Positions 9,620 through 19,235 of a DNA stretch of 31,858 nucleotides are shown here, piece after piece. The DNA lies in IMG/VR virus record IMGVR_UViG_3300033076_000872, positions 1-31,858 of that record. One strand, 5' to 3'. The notes beneath the pieces are model-generated. The model was not told where the DNA came from. It saw only the letters and a program-made list of their open reading frames with translations, and did not search any database. Both the position numbers and the translations under genes were made by a program. Numbering within the stretch: position 1 is the first letter of the stretch; every line of letters starts with the position of its first letter. Source of the DNA: a virus (taxonomy: Duplodnaviria > Caudoviricetes).

Positions 9620-10447
9620 TCAAAGAATGTTGACAGGAGTCCAAGTGGTGTCGCCTGAGTCAGTTGTGTTGACTAAAACAACAGTGGCCAATTCCTTGCC
9701 TTTTTCCTCAGCCGCTTGTGCCGCGGCCGCACGCAACGCAGCATTTTGAGCCATCATGTCTGCGGGCCATGTACTAGGGTCAACGAATCGGTTCTCAACA
9801 TACTCGACGATTTGCCCGTAGAAACGATTGGACCAAGAGAAAATGGCATCGCGTTGTGGCCAATCCGCAAGAACCGACTTGTACCCGTCAGGCAACCCAT
9901 CGAATGTCACGAACGTGGTCGTGACTGTAGGAGCATCTGGGTCATTCAAGATAGTTTTCTTGAGCACGTTCACAGCTTCGTTGTCGTACACCTCTAAAGG
10001 TTCGCCCGTGGTCAAATCGAAAGTAACCCAAGCGTGGTGCACACCGTTGACTTCGCTTTCTGCTTTATACCAATCAGTCACTGAACCATCATGTACTTTG
10101 ATGTGCCAAAGTGCGCCGTCTTCAGTGTTGTAGCGGAACGTGCGCGACCAGACACCGTGTGTGGTTAAGTTATAAATGGCGTGGTTCTGCTCAAGCCCTA
10201 AACTGTCGGGGTCAGTGATCGAGTCAAACGCAACAGGTGTCTTGTCGAGTTTGCTGCACATAAACGTATATGCCAGGTAGAAATCAGACAACCAACCATC
10301 AACATACAGGTAGGCACCTTTAACCGTTGGAATGACGCAGTAACCCTTTACCCAATCGGCAACAAAAGCGTCACGTATAACACGCGCCTGTTCGATAGTT
10401 ACCGCATCCGTGTGCTGCCCTGTAATTGGGTTGAATACCTTGAACAT
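9620..10447 (-). CDS. Hypothetical protein, possibly an adhesin/tail-fibre accessory factor, 275 aa
   Basis: Translationally coupled to the adhesin gene (TAATG overlap); no family recognised. Confidence 0.6.
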   Translation of the reverse strand: MFKVFNPITGQHTDAVTIEQARVIRDAFVADWVKGYCVIPTVKGAYLYVDGWLSDFYLAYTFMCSKLDKTPVAFDSITDPDSLGLEQNHAIYNLTTHGVWSRTFRYNTEDGALWHIKVHDGSVTDWYKAESEVNGVHHAWVTFDLTTGEPLEVYDNEAVNVLKKTILNDPDAPTVTTTFVTFDGLPDGYKSVLADWPQRDAIFSWSNRFYGQIVEYVENRFVDPSTWPADMMAQNAALRAAAAQAAEEKGKELATVVLVNTTDSGDTTWTPVNIL

Positions 10448-11328
10448 TACGACACACTCCCATAAGCACGGCTAGAGCTGGCAGAGCCACCAACCCAAGT
10501 GATTGTGTTTCCATTAAGTGCCACGGCCTTACCCGCCGCACCGCCAGCATATTGAAGAACCTTCGCACTAGAACCGCTGCCGTCCGCACCGTTTGCGCCG
10601 CGACCACCCCCCGCCGCAATGCTTGGCGCACCAGAGTTGTTGGAGCTGCCTTGGTAGCAAGCACCACCAGCACCGCCCCAGCCGCCACCGCCACCTGTAG
10701 AAATCCACGGTGAATAGGCGCTTGCGTTGCTTGTGGTGCCGTTGCCGCCCACGCCACTTGTTGAGTTACCACCAGCGCCAGCACCGGCGATGGTGCTCTT
10801 CGAGCCGCCGGAGCCGCCACCACCACCAATAAAGCCGGATTGGTTGTTAACCGTGGTAGCGAAACCAAGTGAAAGCGCGTTTGTACCGGGACTACCGGCC
10901 ACGTTCACTGAACCGTTACCACCACCTGCACCAACGATATAGCCGTTGTTGACAAGTGTGATTGTGTCACCTGACGTACCGCCCGTTAGCGTGAGACCCA
11001 CACCACCGGAACCATACAGAATCACACCGCTATTGACCGTGATGGTGATGTCTGATTTGCCAGCGGAGTAACCACCAATTGCGGCCACGTTCAATGAGGC
11101 GTTGGCCGTGCTTGCGCTAAACGTGTAACTGATAGCAACGCGGTTGGCTGTAGGGCCGGTACCATAAAAATTGTTCATACTGATAGCGCCAGCAGAAAAC
11201 GTGAACGGGCCTGCACTGGACGTGTAGTACGTCGTTCCGCGATACGCACCCAAATTAGCGCCACGACCAAATAACGTGTTAATGTCGTTGATACTAATCG
11301 CGCCAGAAGATGGAAGGTAAGTTGCCAT
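10447..11328 (-). CDS. Gly-rich receptor-binding adhesin, T-even gp38-like, 293 aa
   Basis: ITVNSGVILYG, NNGYIVGAGGGNG, IGGGGGSGG glycine-rich motifs and C-terminal GGAAGKAV...W...AYGSVS, matching gp38 architecture. Confidence 0.72.
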   Translation of the reverse strand: MATYLPSSGAISINDINTLFGRGANLGAYRGTTYYTSSAGPFTFSAGAISMNNFYGTGPTANRVAISYTFSASTANASLNVAAIGGYSAGKSDITITVNSGVILYGSGGVGLTLTGGTSGDTITLVNNGYIVGAGGGNGSVNVAGSPGTNALSLGFATTVNNQSGFIGGGGGSGGSKSTIAGAGAGGNSTSGVGGNGTTSNASAYSPWISTGGGGGWGGAGGACYQGSSNNSGAPSIAAGGGRGANGADGSGSSAKVLQYAGGAAGKAVALNGNTITWVGGSASSSRAYGSVS

Positions 11329-11330
11329 GT

Positions 11331-12092
11331 TTAAGGTGTCCCAAATGCAGTTACATCAGCCAAAGAAGTGAAGTTGCCAGAAGAATCCAATGAAGCAATC
11401 GAAGTACCGTTGTACTTGAAATATAGCTTGCCACCGGACTCGACCACAGAAAAGTTTGTTGTGGCCAAACTACCCGCGCTACCTGTTGTATTGACTGTTA
11501 GATTTGGGAACGTGCAGTTTGTCAGTGTGCCAGAAGCTGGTGTACCCAAGCCACCCCCATTTACGACAAACGCACCTACTGAACCAACGTTGACCGCTAG
11601 GGCGGTTGCTACGCTTGTACCAAGACCAGAAAGACCTGTGGAAACCGGCAGCCCTGTGCACCCGCCAAGGTAGTTTGATTGCAAGGCAAAGTTCGTGCCA
11701 TCACTCCAAATGGTCAACGTCTTACCAGCAGGGATGGCCACGCCTGTACCAGCCGCAGTGGTGTTACCCAAAACGGTGGAGTTGTAGATCGTAGCTGTAT
11801 AGCTCGACGCGTTGTATATGACGTACAGCTTTGGGCTTGGTGGGGCGTAAACAGCAAAGTTAGCGCCCGTGGATGTTGTCAACGCAATTGCTGCAAAGCG
11901 TGCTTGATCGGCTGCGCCGTAGTTGGCTGTCAGTGCTTGACTAGCAGAGGACACGCTCACCGATGTGTAGCCCGCAATCGCGCTTTCGAGTAGCGTGCCG
12001 AGGTTGGTGTTGGTTGTGGTGCCCCAGACGCCTGCTTGGTCGCCGGTGGCAATAAGTTCAATACGTAAATCTGGTGAGAATGTGCTGCTCAT
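11331..12092 (-). CDS. Tail fibre protein (short), 253 aa
   Basis: T/S/G-rich; ends in the fibre-tip motif SGNFTSLADVTAFGTP. Confidence 0.7.
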   Translation of the reverse strand: MSSTFSPDLRIELIATGDQAGVWGTTTNTNLGTLLESAIAGYTSVSVSSASQALTANYGAADQARFAAIALTTSTGANFAVYAPPSPKLYVIYNASSYTATIYNSTVLGNTTAAGTGVAIPAGKTLTIWSDGTNFALQSNYLGGCTGLPVSTGLSGLGTSVATALAVNVGSVGAFVVNGGGLGTPASGTLTNCTFPNLTVNTTGSAGSLATTNFSVVESGGKLYFKYNGTSIASLDSSGNFTSLADVTAFGTP

Positions 12093-12101
12093 TTTTAGCC
12101 T

Positions 12102-13070
12102 TTACTGACTGTTGTCAATCTTGTTCCACGGTGTGGGTGTGTCGGTAGAAATTGTTCCCCACCCTGCTGTTTGCGCATCGTTTATCGCGTTCCACGTAGC
12201 TGTCTGAGCAGAGCTGATTGCGGCCCATCCGGGTGTTTGGCTGTCACCAATTGTGCCCCAGTTTGCCGTTTGTGCGTCAATGATTTTCACCCATCCCGTC
12301 ACAGCGTTATTGTCCAGCATCTGAACGTTTTCAACAACTAGCGTTTGGAACTGTGCCACGATGCTCATGGCATCGGCTGGGTTTAAAAACTCAAAAATAT
12401 CAAGGGTGAACTGAACGGCTGCCGCAGAGCTTTCCTCTGACGCCAATGCTTCGGTCACGGTAGCAAAGAATTGCTGAATGAGTGTCTCTGAATCCGCGGA
12501 AGTAAACGCCTCCGCCACGGACTGGGCAAATTGTGCGGTTGCAGTGGGTATATCCGCAGAGGTCAGCGGCTCAGTGATCGCTTGGGGGAAGCTGGCCGTC
12601 ACGGTTGCCGGCGCATCCACGCCGATGTTTTCTGCAATTGTTTGCAAGAACGCCCAAGTCTGTGTGTTCGAGTCGCCAATAGATACCGTTGCTTCCGTCA
12701 GGCTCTCCAAGAACGCAAAGTAGGTGTCGGGTGTGTCAGCAAGTGCGGTGTCTTCCACCAAAGAAGTGGCGAACTGCGCAGCAACGTCAGCAGTGTCGGC
12801 GGCGGCAAAGTCCTCGGTGATGCTTTGACCAAACGCCCAAACCTGCGTGCTGCTGTCGTCCAACCCAAAATCTTCAGTGATGTCTAGGTAGAACAACCCG
12901 CCCAGCGAGGCTAGGTCTTCAAGGAATAGGTCTTCTGCGACTGATACGTTGTACGCCGAAAGCTGGGTGCTGGAGTCAGCCGCTTGGATGTCTTCAACAA
13001 GTGACAGGGCGTAAGAGTTCCCCGCAAGCGACGCGAAAGGCGTTTGTGCAAATGCAGAGATACCAAACAA
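12102..13070 (-). CDS. Acidic repeat-rich virion protein, 322 aa
   Basis: TTG start; about twelve 20-aa repeats and six 11-aa WxxIxxxQT repeats. Confidence 0.65.
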   Translation of the reverse strand: MFGISAFAQTPFASLAGNSYALSLVEDIQAADSSTQLSAYNVSVAEDLFLEDLASLGGLFYLDITEDFGLDDSSTQVWAFGQSITEDFAAADTADVAAQFATSLVEDTALADTPDTYFAFLESLTEATVSIGDSNTQTWAFLQTIAENIGVDAPATVTASFPQAITEPLTSADIPTATAQFAQSVAEAFTSADSETLIQQFFATVTEALASEESSAAAVQFTLDIFEFLNPADAMSIVAQFQTLVVENVQMLDNNAVTGWVKIIDAQTANWGTIGDSQTPGWAAISSAQTATWNAINDAQTAGWGTISTDTPTPWNKIDNSQ

Positions 13071-15689
13071 TCACAGCTCCAGTAATTTAGCCAATGCGGC
13101 TTCGAGCTTGGCGATGCGCACATCTTGTTCGACCACACGTTTGGCCAACTGCACTGCGGAGACCATAGCTGCGCCGCCATAGTTCACTGACAGCTTGCCA
13201 TTTTCATCGCGGACAACAGAGTTTGGCAACAACGGTTTGAGTGACTGTGCTGAGATACCGTCTTGTGTGACTTGCACATCCGTACGGTCATAGGTACCGT
13301 GCTTAACGCGGGCAAGTTGCTCAACGAAATCTGCGGGGAGGTCTCGCCAGTTCGTCTTCAGTGTCTCATCTGAGTAGGCTGTGACGTTGCCGATCGCCGT
13401 AAAGGACCCGCGAGGAAGGTTCACGTTACCTACATGGTCAATGCTTAGGGCTGTCTGAGCGCCTGTGGCATAACTGCTGGTTGTGGCAAGGTACATCTTC
13501 GTGCCATAAGCACCTGAACCTTGGACATAGATACCTGCTTGTGCACCAGTCGTACCAGTACCGCCGTTCCATGTAATGCCAGCAGCATAGTCAGCAGTTG
13601 TCTGCCCACCAAAGTGCATACCGTAGTTGCCTAAACCTGGTGTTGTGGTGTTAAAGGCGGCTTGGTAGTTAGACTGGACGGTAAGCGCGGCTGAACCGGA
13701 AACAGATGCCGAAGAACCGGTCGTGTTCTGATTCAGTGTTGGCACATCGGCAGCAACAATAGCGCGGAACGTTGGTGCACCCGCAGACCCATTTGGTGCA
13801 GCAAGGAAGAAGTTGGCCGTCTTAGATGCGAACGGGTTTTGTGTGTCACCGTAGCCAGAAGCCAAACTGATCGCTGGTGTTGCACCACCAGAAGACACAA
13901 CCGGAGAGGTGCCTGTGACCGATGTAACGCCGCTAGAACCACTAGAGGCCGAAGTTAAACGCCCCTGCGCGTCAACAGTGATGCTTGCGTTGGTGTATGA
14001 ACCAGGCGTGACAGCCGTGTTGGCTAAATTCCAAGTAACGGCCGCAGAGCCGTTAAATGTTGAACCGCTCAAACCTGTACCAGCAGTGTGTGCATTTGCT
14101 ACCGAAGCAGCTTGGCCAGAGGTGTTGCCTGTACCGCCGTTGGCGACCGGCAAGGTGCCAGACACGTTTGTGGTCAGAGAACAGTAGGTTGTGGATGTCG
14201 AACCCGTACCGCCATAGGCTGTAGCCAGCGCGTTGGCCAACTGCAAACCTGTCGAGGTGAGCTGCATCTTCCAAGCGGACTTGAGCTGGGTAAAGCCACC
14301 CACGTACCACTGGTGTGCATTGGTTGAGCCTGTCGAATCGGTCGCGTAGACCAAGTTACCTGTGAAGCTGCTGTTGAGCGCTGAGCCGAGCACGTAGGCT
14401 TCGTTAGGGCCTGTGACTGTGTAAACGGGGTCAGCGTATGTTGAGCTTGTGAAGCCCATGTCGGCCCAACCATGCGCGTCGGTGCTGTTGTCTGTGTACG
14501 CAACAAAGTCAGCGGAGGCGCTTGTACCTGTGCTCTGGTTGTATACGTACGTCTGGATGTAGTTGTTGGTGTTACCTGTAAAGGCGGTGATGGGGTTTGT
14601 TGCGCCGCCAAGAACCGAGGAACCGCCAACGACTAACACACCGCTTGCAAACTGCAAAGAGCTGGAAGATGTAAAACCAGAAGTACCGTTACCAACGGGG
14701 ATGTAGTTGGTTGTCAAGGACGTGATGCCAGTACCACCCGCGGCCACTGGCAACGTGCCAGCAGTCAAAGAGCCTGCACCGGACGAATAGAGTGCATTGT
14801 TGGCTGCTACGAAGGTGGTCAAGCCTGTGCCACCGTACGCTGGTTGAATGACACCGCCTTGCCACGTACCACCAGAAATAACCGTGGTGGCCAAATTCAA
14901 TGCGTTTGTGCCCCAGTCAACGGCCGCTGGGATGAACGAGTATGCGCCCCATGAACCAGCAGACGTAGCAATGCTCACTGCACCAAGTTGTGTAACACCG
15001 CCGGAAGGCACAGTCTCAACGGTAGCCGAAGCATTGTCCTTGACTGTCAGCACGCCGGAAGAGTTATTGACAAAAACGAAACTCTGTCCAAGCGCCATCG
15101 TTGTGGCGTTGGGGAGCTGGAATGTCTGTGTCGTTGAACCGACAAGAATCTGCGTACGCGCAGAAGCCGCTGTTAAAACAGTAGTGCCTGCCGCTGCGGT
15201 AACTGCCACCGCACCTGTGATGAAGTTGTTGAATGTGCTGTTGGCGTTAGAGTCACGCAACACAACCGAGTTTGCGCCAGAGGATGTAGTTACGCCCGTT
15301 CCGCCGTAGGCGACACCAACGGTAGAACCATTCCAAACGGCTGAGGTAATCGTGCCCAGAGGGCTGACGTTACCAGACGCGTCGAGGTTAACAGACCGTT
15401 CAGCAGGGTAAGTGACGAATACTGAAGAGGCACCAGACAGCGTGATCGGCGATGTGTCACTGTTTGAGTTCGACAACACCGTGGTGCGCGCTAAGGACGG
15501 CCCCGTAGTCGAGTACGTGCCGATGCCTACCTCCCACGCACTGCCATTTACAATCGTGTAGTAACAAGTGTTCCCGTTGCCAACAACAGCAAATGACTGA
15601 TAGCCTGAGACAGCGCCACCTAAAGTGAGGCTGCCTGTGCCGGTGGTCGCTGTGGTCTCTTGGACGCGATCTGCTAGAACCAGAGCCAT
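13071..15689 (-). CDS. Long tail fibre with C-terminal intramolecular chaperone (peptidase S74), 872 aa
   Basis: AGGAG SD; repeated GGTG fibre motifs; AYSDETLKTN S-D-x-x-x-K autocleavage motif followed by a terminal coiled coil. Confidence 0.85.
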   Translation of the reverse strand: MALVLADRVQETTATTGTGSLTLGGAVSGYQSFAVVGNGNTCYYTIVNGSAWEVGIGTYSTTGPSLARTTVLSNSNSDTSPITLSGASSVFVTYPAERSVNLDASGNVSPLGTITSAVWNGSTVGVAYGGTGVTTSSGANSVVLRDSNANSTFNNFITGAVAVTAAAGTTVLTAASARTQILVGSTTQTFQLPNATTMALGQSFVFVNNSSGVLTVKDNASATVETVPSGGVTQLGAVSIATSAGSWGAYSFIPAAVDWGTNALNLATTVISGGTWQGGVIQPAYGGTGLTTFVAANNALYSSGAGSLTAGTLPVAAGGTGITSLTTNYIPVGNGTSGFTSSSSLQFASGVLVVGGSSVLGGATNPITAFTGNTNNYIQTYVYNQSTGTSASADFVAYTDNSTDAHGWADMGFTSSTYADPVYTVTGPNEAYVLGSALNSSFTGNLVYATDSTGSTNAHQWYVGGFTQLKSAWKMQLTSTGLQLANALATAYGGTGSTSTTYCSLTTNVSGTLPVANGGTGNTSGQAASVANAHTAGTGLSGSTFNGSAAVTWNLANTAVTPGSYTNASITVDAQGRLTSASSGSSGVTSVTGTSPVVSSGGATPAISLASGYGDTQNPFASKTANFFLAAPNGSAGAPTFRAIVAADVPTLNQNTTGSSASVSGSAALTVQSNYQAAFNTTTPGLGNYGMHFGGQTTADYAAGITWNGGTGTTGAQAGIYVQGSGAYGTKMYLATTSSYATGAQTALSIDHVGNVNLPRGSFTAIGNVTAYSDETLKTNWRDLPADFVEQLARVKHGTYDRTDVQVTQDGISAQSLKPLLPNSVVRDENGKLSVNYGGAAMVSAVQLAKRVVEQDVRIAKLEAALAKLLEL

Positions 15690-15699
15690 CTAGGACTCC

Positions 15700-16305
15700 T
15701 TAAGATGTTGCTGTTGTGCTGTATGTGACGCTAACAGTGTCGCCAGCAGTTGTAGTCTTGGCGGTAGCAAACGCGCCCGCACTGTACAACGTACCCGAGG
15801 TGTTACTGATCGTTGACGATGCGCCAGCACCGGTAACCAAGAAACAACCACCAACCACACCACCGCCACCAGTAATGGTGTACGTGATTGCCGATGCGGC
15901 AGAAGTGGTCACGTTCGATGGAGTCAAACCAGATGACGTAGCAGAACCAAACACGGCCGTGCCGCGAACAGCAGAGCCACCAACTGTGTATGGCGTGAAC
16001 TCAGACCAGCCAGCGTGGCTCGACATGGTGTCAGCCGCAGCGAATGTGTTGCCTGTGCCAGAAATCAAACCGAGGTATGGGCCCACAACGGTGTAGCTGG
16101 AGCCTTTCAACAAGGTGTCCAACATCAGTTGCTTACCAACAGCAACAACCAGGTTGGGGAACTTTTCTTCCCACTTCAAGTTGCCGTCTTTGTCATGGCA
16201 CACAACATGGTAGTGGCCTTCAATACCCATGCCTTCTGGCACAGTGACGTTTGATTGCATTGTGGCAACTGCGTGATCGCCGAAGCCTGAGAGTTCTTTG
16301 TGCAT
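15700..16305 (-). CDS. Virion structural (tail) protein, 201 aa
   Basis: AAGGA SD; T/S/G-rich beta protein; NLVVAVGK motif. Confidence 0.65.
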   Translation of the reverse strand: MHKELSGFGDHAVATMQSNVTVPEGMGIEGHYHVVCHDKDGNLKWEEKFPNLVVAVGKQLMLDTLLKGSSYTVVGPYLGLISGTGNTFAAADTMSSHAGWSEFTPYTVGGSAVRGTAVFGSATSSGLTPSNVTTSAASAITYTITGGGGVVGGCFLVTGAGASSTISNTSGTLYSAGAFATAKTTTAGDTVSVTYSTTATS

Positions 16306-16314
16306 GATAGGTCC

Positions 16315-16743
16315 TTACGAGATGCGGATGATCGCCGCTGTGTTGGTAGCAGCAGGGAACTGTACCGTGAAAGTGGTTGTTGAAGTCTTGTCGGCACCAA
16401 AATCGAGAACGCAAACCGACGGGTTGCCTGAACCCGACTTGTAAATTAACGCACCGCGGGCGGTCAGCGCTGAAGTCCAAGTGACGTTGGCAAAGGACAG
16501 GTACACCGTAGCGACGCCTGTTTGGTTTCCAATCGTAGGCACCTGTGTTACCGTGAGCGTCTCTCCGCCCGCGGTGTAGCCAGACGCAACTACTTCACCG
16601 TCTGTGGTGTACGCGGTTGTGTCGGGACCGATCGAAGCTGCACCGGTGTACAACGCGATCTTGAACGTATCCACGTCAAAATCGAAATCGCCTTTTGGCA
16701 GCCCTAGCTTAAATGTGTTGGTAGCAGCTTGAGCGATTGTCAT
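16315..16743 (-). CDS. Virion structural (tail) protein, 142 aa
   Basis: FKIALYT, GYTAGG, ARGALIY and VLDFG motifs common in phage tail proteins. Confidence 0.7.
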   Translation of the reverse strand: MTIAQAATNTFKLGLPKGDFDFDVDTFKIALYTGAASIGPDTTAYTTDGEVVASGYTAGGETLTVTQVPTIGNQTGVATVYLSFANVTWTSALTARGALIYKSGSGNPSVCVLDFGADKTSTTTFTVQFPAATNTAAIIRIS

Positions 16744-17438
16744 GTCGTGACCTTGAGTTTAGTTTGCCCGTCACGATACGCGTCGCCGCGCTCCAGACCA
16801 TCACCAAGACGCTTGGCCAATGCAAGTGCTTCTTTGTACTTGGCGTCATAGAACGCCATGATGTCAGCCTCACCCTTCATGTAGGTGTACGCCTCAACCA
16901 AACAACCGTACAACAGCACGCTGTCGAAGTTGTCGCCCAACCACGTAGAACCTGCCGTCACAATCGACTCAGGGTAATAGTAGTAGTGCAACTCAACACC
17001 ATAAGATGAATCAGGTGTTGGACCCAGGATGAAAGACAACTCATTGGTTATAGCACCACCAGTTACCGTTGGTCCGAACAAAGCGTAGTACTGAGGGAAC
17101 GCCTGGTCGTTAGGGTTTGGGTACGCTTGGCGAATAAAGTTGACGTCCTTGTTCAGCAGATACTCATACGCGCCCGTGGGGTCAATCACAGCGACCGAGT
17201 ATGTGGACAAGAAATCGTTTGGACACGAGAGGTATTTGTTGCCGGCCGTCAAACTGCCTGTAACGTTCTTCCGCAACGCCGGGAACTGCACCGAGTTGTA
17301 GATGCGCTGCTCCGCCTGCTTGATGATGGTGTCGAGCTGCGTCTTGGTAGACACAGCCGTACCGTCGGCCAAGTAGGTCTCTGGAAATTGGTTTTCCGTA
17401 TAAGACTGAATCGCTGCGTAAAGTTCGTCGTAGGTCAT
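16740..17438 (-). CDS. Head-tail adaptor/tail tubular protein, 232 aa
   Basis: N-terminal helices (IKQAEQRI), PTPD..Y..EL.YY and LLYGCLVEAY pattern. Confidence 0.7.
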   Translation of the reverse strand: MTYDELYAAIQSYTENQFPETYLADGTAVSTKTQLDTIIKQAEQRIYNSVQFPALRKNVTGSLTAGNKYLSCPNDFLSTYSVAVIDPTGAYEYLLNKDVNFIRQAYPNPNDQAFPQYYALFGPTVTGGAITNELSFILGPTPDSSYGVELHYYYYPESIVTAGSTWLGDNFDSVLLYGCLVEAYTYMKGEADIMAFYDAKYKEALALAKRLGDGLERGDAYRDGQTKLKVTT

Positions 17439-17441
17439 GTT

Positions 17442-17687
17442 TTATGCCATTGGTCCACGAGCCATCACGCCCTTGGTAGCTGCACCAGTACCGCGGATTT
17501 TGATACCCGAAGTCTTGGTTGGTTTGTAGTCGTTGCTGTGACTGTTCGCCACTGACACGTTCATGTCGCGGTTATATTTTTTGTTATCGCTCTCGCCAGC
17601 CGCAACACTTTTTACAGTCACGGGTTTGCCGGACATGGTGTGTGGCTTTGCGTAAGCAGCGGCAGGTTTGTTGTTGATCTTGGCCAT
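17442..17687 (-). CDS. Small basic protein, 81 aa
   Basis: Lys-rich; ends GIKIRGTGAATKG; AAAGG SD. Confidence 0.7.
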   Translation of the reverse strand: MAKINNKPAAAYAKPHTMSGKPVTVKSVAAGESDNKKYNRDMNVSVANSHSNDYKPTKTSGIKIRGTGAATKGVMARGPMA

Positions 17688-17689
17688 GA

Positions 17690-17902
17690 TTAGCCTTTCG
17701 ATTTTTGATTTGCAATTTTAGCCAAACCACGACCCATCTTCAGCATGTCACTGTTGGTCTTGCCACCAGCGCGCAGCTTCAAAGTCGTACCTTTGCCGCC
17801 TTTGTGCTCTTGCTTGTCGTGTTGCTTGATGGCCTTCTTGATGAGGGCAACATCTTGCTTCTTGTCCATCTTCATGTCTTCTTTGCTATCGCTCTTTGCC
17901 AT
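17690..17902 (-). CDS. Small basic protein, 70 aa
   Basis: AAGGAG SD; very Lys-rich. Confidence 0.7.
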   Translation of the reverse strand: MAKSDSKEDMKMDKKQDVALIKKAIKQHDKQEHKGGKGTTLKLRAGGKTNSDMLKMGRGLAKIANQKSKG

Positions 17903-17912
17903 GGTCGGCTCC

Positions 17913-18302
17913 TTACGTCGTTACGATACTGACTGTACCAATTTCCACCACCAATGCCAAGTTGTTTGGCGTGAGTGGGTCATCAAAAAACTTCGAGCCA
18001 CCAACAGGGTTCCAACCCCACTGTGTGTTTCGACTGCCTTCACCTTGGTACCCGCTGGGCAAAATGCCCGAGGCGGTGTAGCTTCGGTCTGGTCGTGGAT
18101 TACGCACACCTTGTGGGTCATCCACAGGGTACATACCCAACTGGAGCTGAGGCTGATCGGGGTCCCAACATGGGCCGCAAACAAGCAGCTCGTAGTTCTT
18201 GGTCTTGACGACCTCACGACGAAGCTGGTGCAGCTTGAAACGGAAGCCACAGCGATCGCACTCGGCGATGCTGTTCTTGCCGGATGAGAACCGATTGCCC
18301 AC
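17913..18302 (-). CDS. Zn-finger (CxxC...CxxC) protein, 129 aa
   Basis: GTG start abutting the upstream stop; CDRC and CGPC. Confidence 0.7.
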   Translation of the reverse strand: MGNRFSSGKNSIAECDRCGFRFKLHQLRREVVKTKNYELLVCGPCWDPDQPQLQLGMYPVDDPQGVRNPRPDRSYTASGILPSGYQGEGSRNTQWGWNPVGGSKFFDDPLTPNNLALVVEIGTVSIVTT

Positions 18303-19235
18303 TTAGAACCCGCCCCCAATGAACTGCTGACGCGGCACAAAGCGCACGGCAGCCTTCTCTTGGTCTTCTTGCGCAGCGTTGGCCCAAGCCTCGTCGTACT
18401 GCATCTTGAGCACGTCCAAACGGTTGAAACCACTCGGCACTTTGAGCGCCAAGTAGTAGGCCAGGCCCGCGGTCATGCAGGGCACAAAGCGGAAGGGCAC
18501 ATCCATCACGTTGACACCGCCGCCGGCGTCTTGCACGCGGCGCATGCGCCAGTACACGAACTGATAGGGCTGCGAGTTGTCAGGCGTAGGCCACACGGTC
18601 ACTGCTGGGAGTTTGGCCCAGTAGACAGCGGTTGAAGCAGAATGGGAAGCTGCCGTGGAGTTGTTTTGCCCGCGGAAGCAGCTGTAGAGCGTGTTGCCGT
18701 CGATGTAGCCGTACTGGATGAACTCGTTGTCAATCTTGATGAAACCGGTTGCCGGAAGTCCAACAACGGTGTCCAGAGTGATGGTGGTATCTGTCGCAGT
18801 GATGGTGCTGGCAAGCAATGCTCCGGTTGGTGAAATCTGACCATCCATACGCTGCACCCACACCTGAATGGGGCGGGCTTGTTGCAGCTTGTTTGGGAGA
18901 GTCGCGTAGGTAGAAACACTGATACGTGTGATCGTCAAGTCCGCTTGGTTGGCTGACTGGTTGGCCTGCGTGCGAATCACATGTTCGAGCAGGTCCACGG
19001 TATCGTTGGGCAATGCGTATGTGTTCTGGCCTTGCACGAGGTTGATCGTGCCCTGCTCAAACGTCCACATGTTCACGCCACGGTTCGCCCAGTCGGCGAA
19101 CAAAAGGTTCAGACTGCGACGTGCAGTCTTGAGGTCATAACCTGTGCGCATCTCCGAGCCCACGCGCTCGAACGCCTCCTCGACCAGTTCTGTCAAGTCA
19201 AGGTTGAATCCTGTGGTTCCAGAGGTATTTGCCAT
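18303..19235 (-). CDS. Head completion/adaptor protein (P22 gp4-like position), 310 aa
   Basis: ARRSLNLLFADWANRG helix, VWPTPD and GLAYYLA motifs; ~65-aa inserted domain. Confidence 0.72.
   Translation of the reverse strand: MANTSGTTGFNLDLTELVEEAFERVGSEMRTGYDLKTARRSLNLLFADWANRGVNMWTFEQGTINLVQGQNTYALPNDTVDLLEHVIRTQANQSANQADLTITRISVSTYATLPNKLQQARPIQVWVQRMDGQISPTGALLASTITATDTTITLDTVVGLPATGFIKIDNEFIQYGYIDGNTLYSCFRGQNNSTAASHSASTAVYWAKLPAVTVWPTPDNSQPYQFVYWRMRRVQDAGGGVNVMDVPFRFVPCMTAGLAYYLALKVPSGFNRLDVLKMQYDEAWANAAQEDQEKAAVRFVPRQQFIGGGF

Noticed and set aside
10447-15689. Diversity-generating retroelement or invertible fibre cassette
   Set aside because: No reverse transcriptase, invertase or near-duplicate template repeat seen in the window
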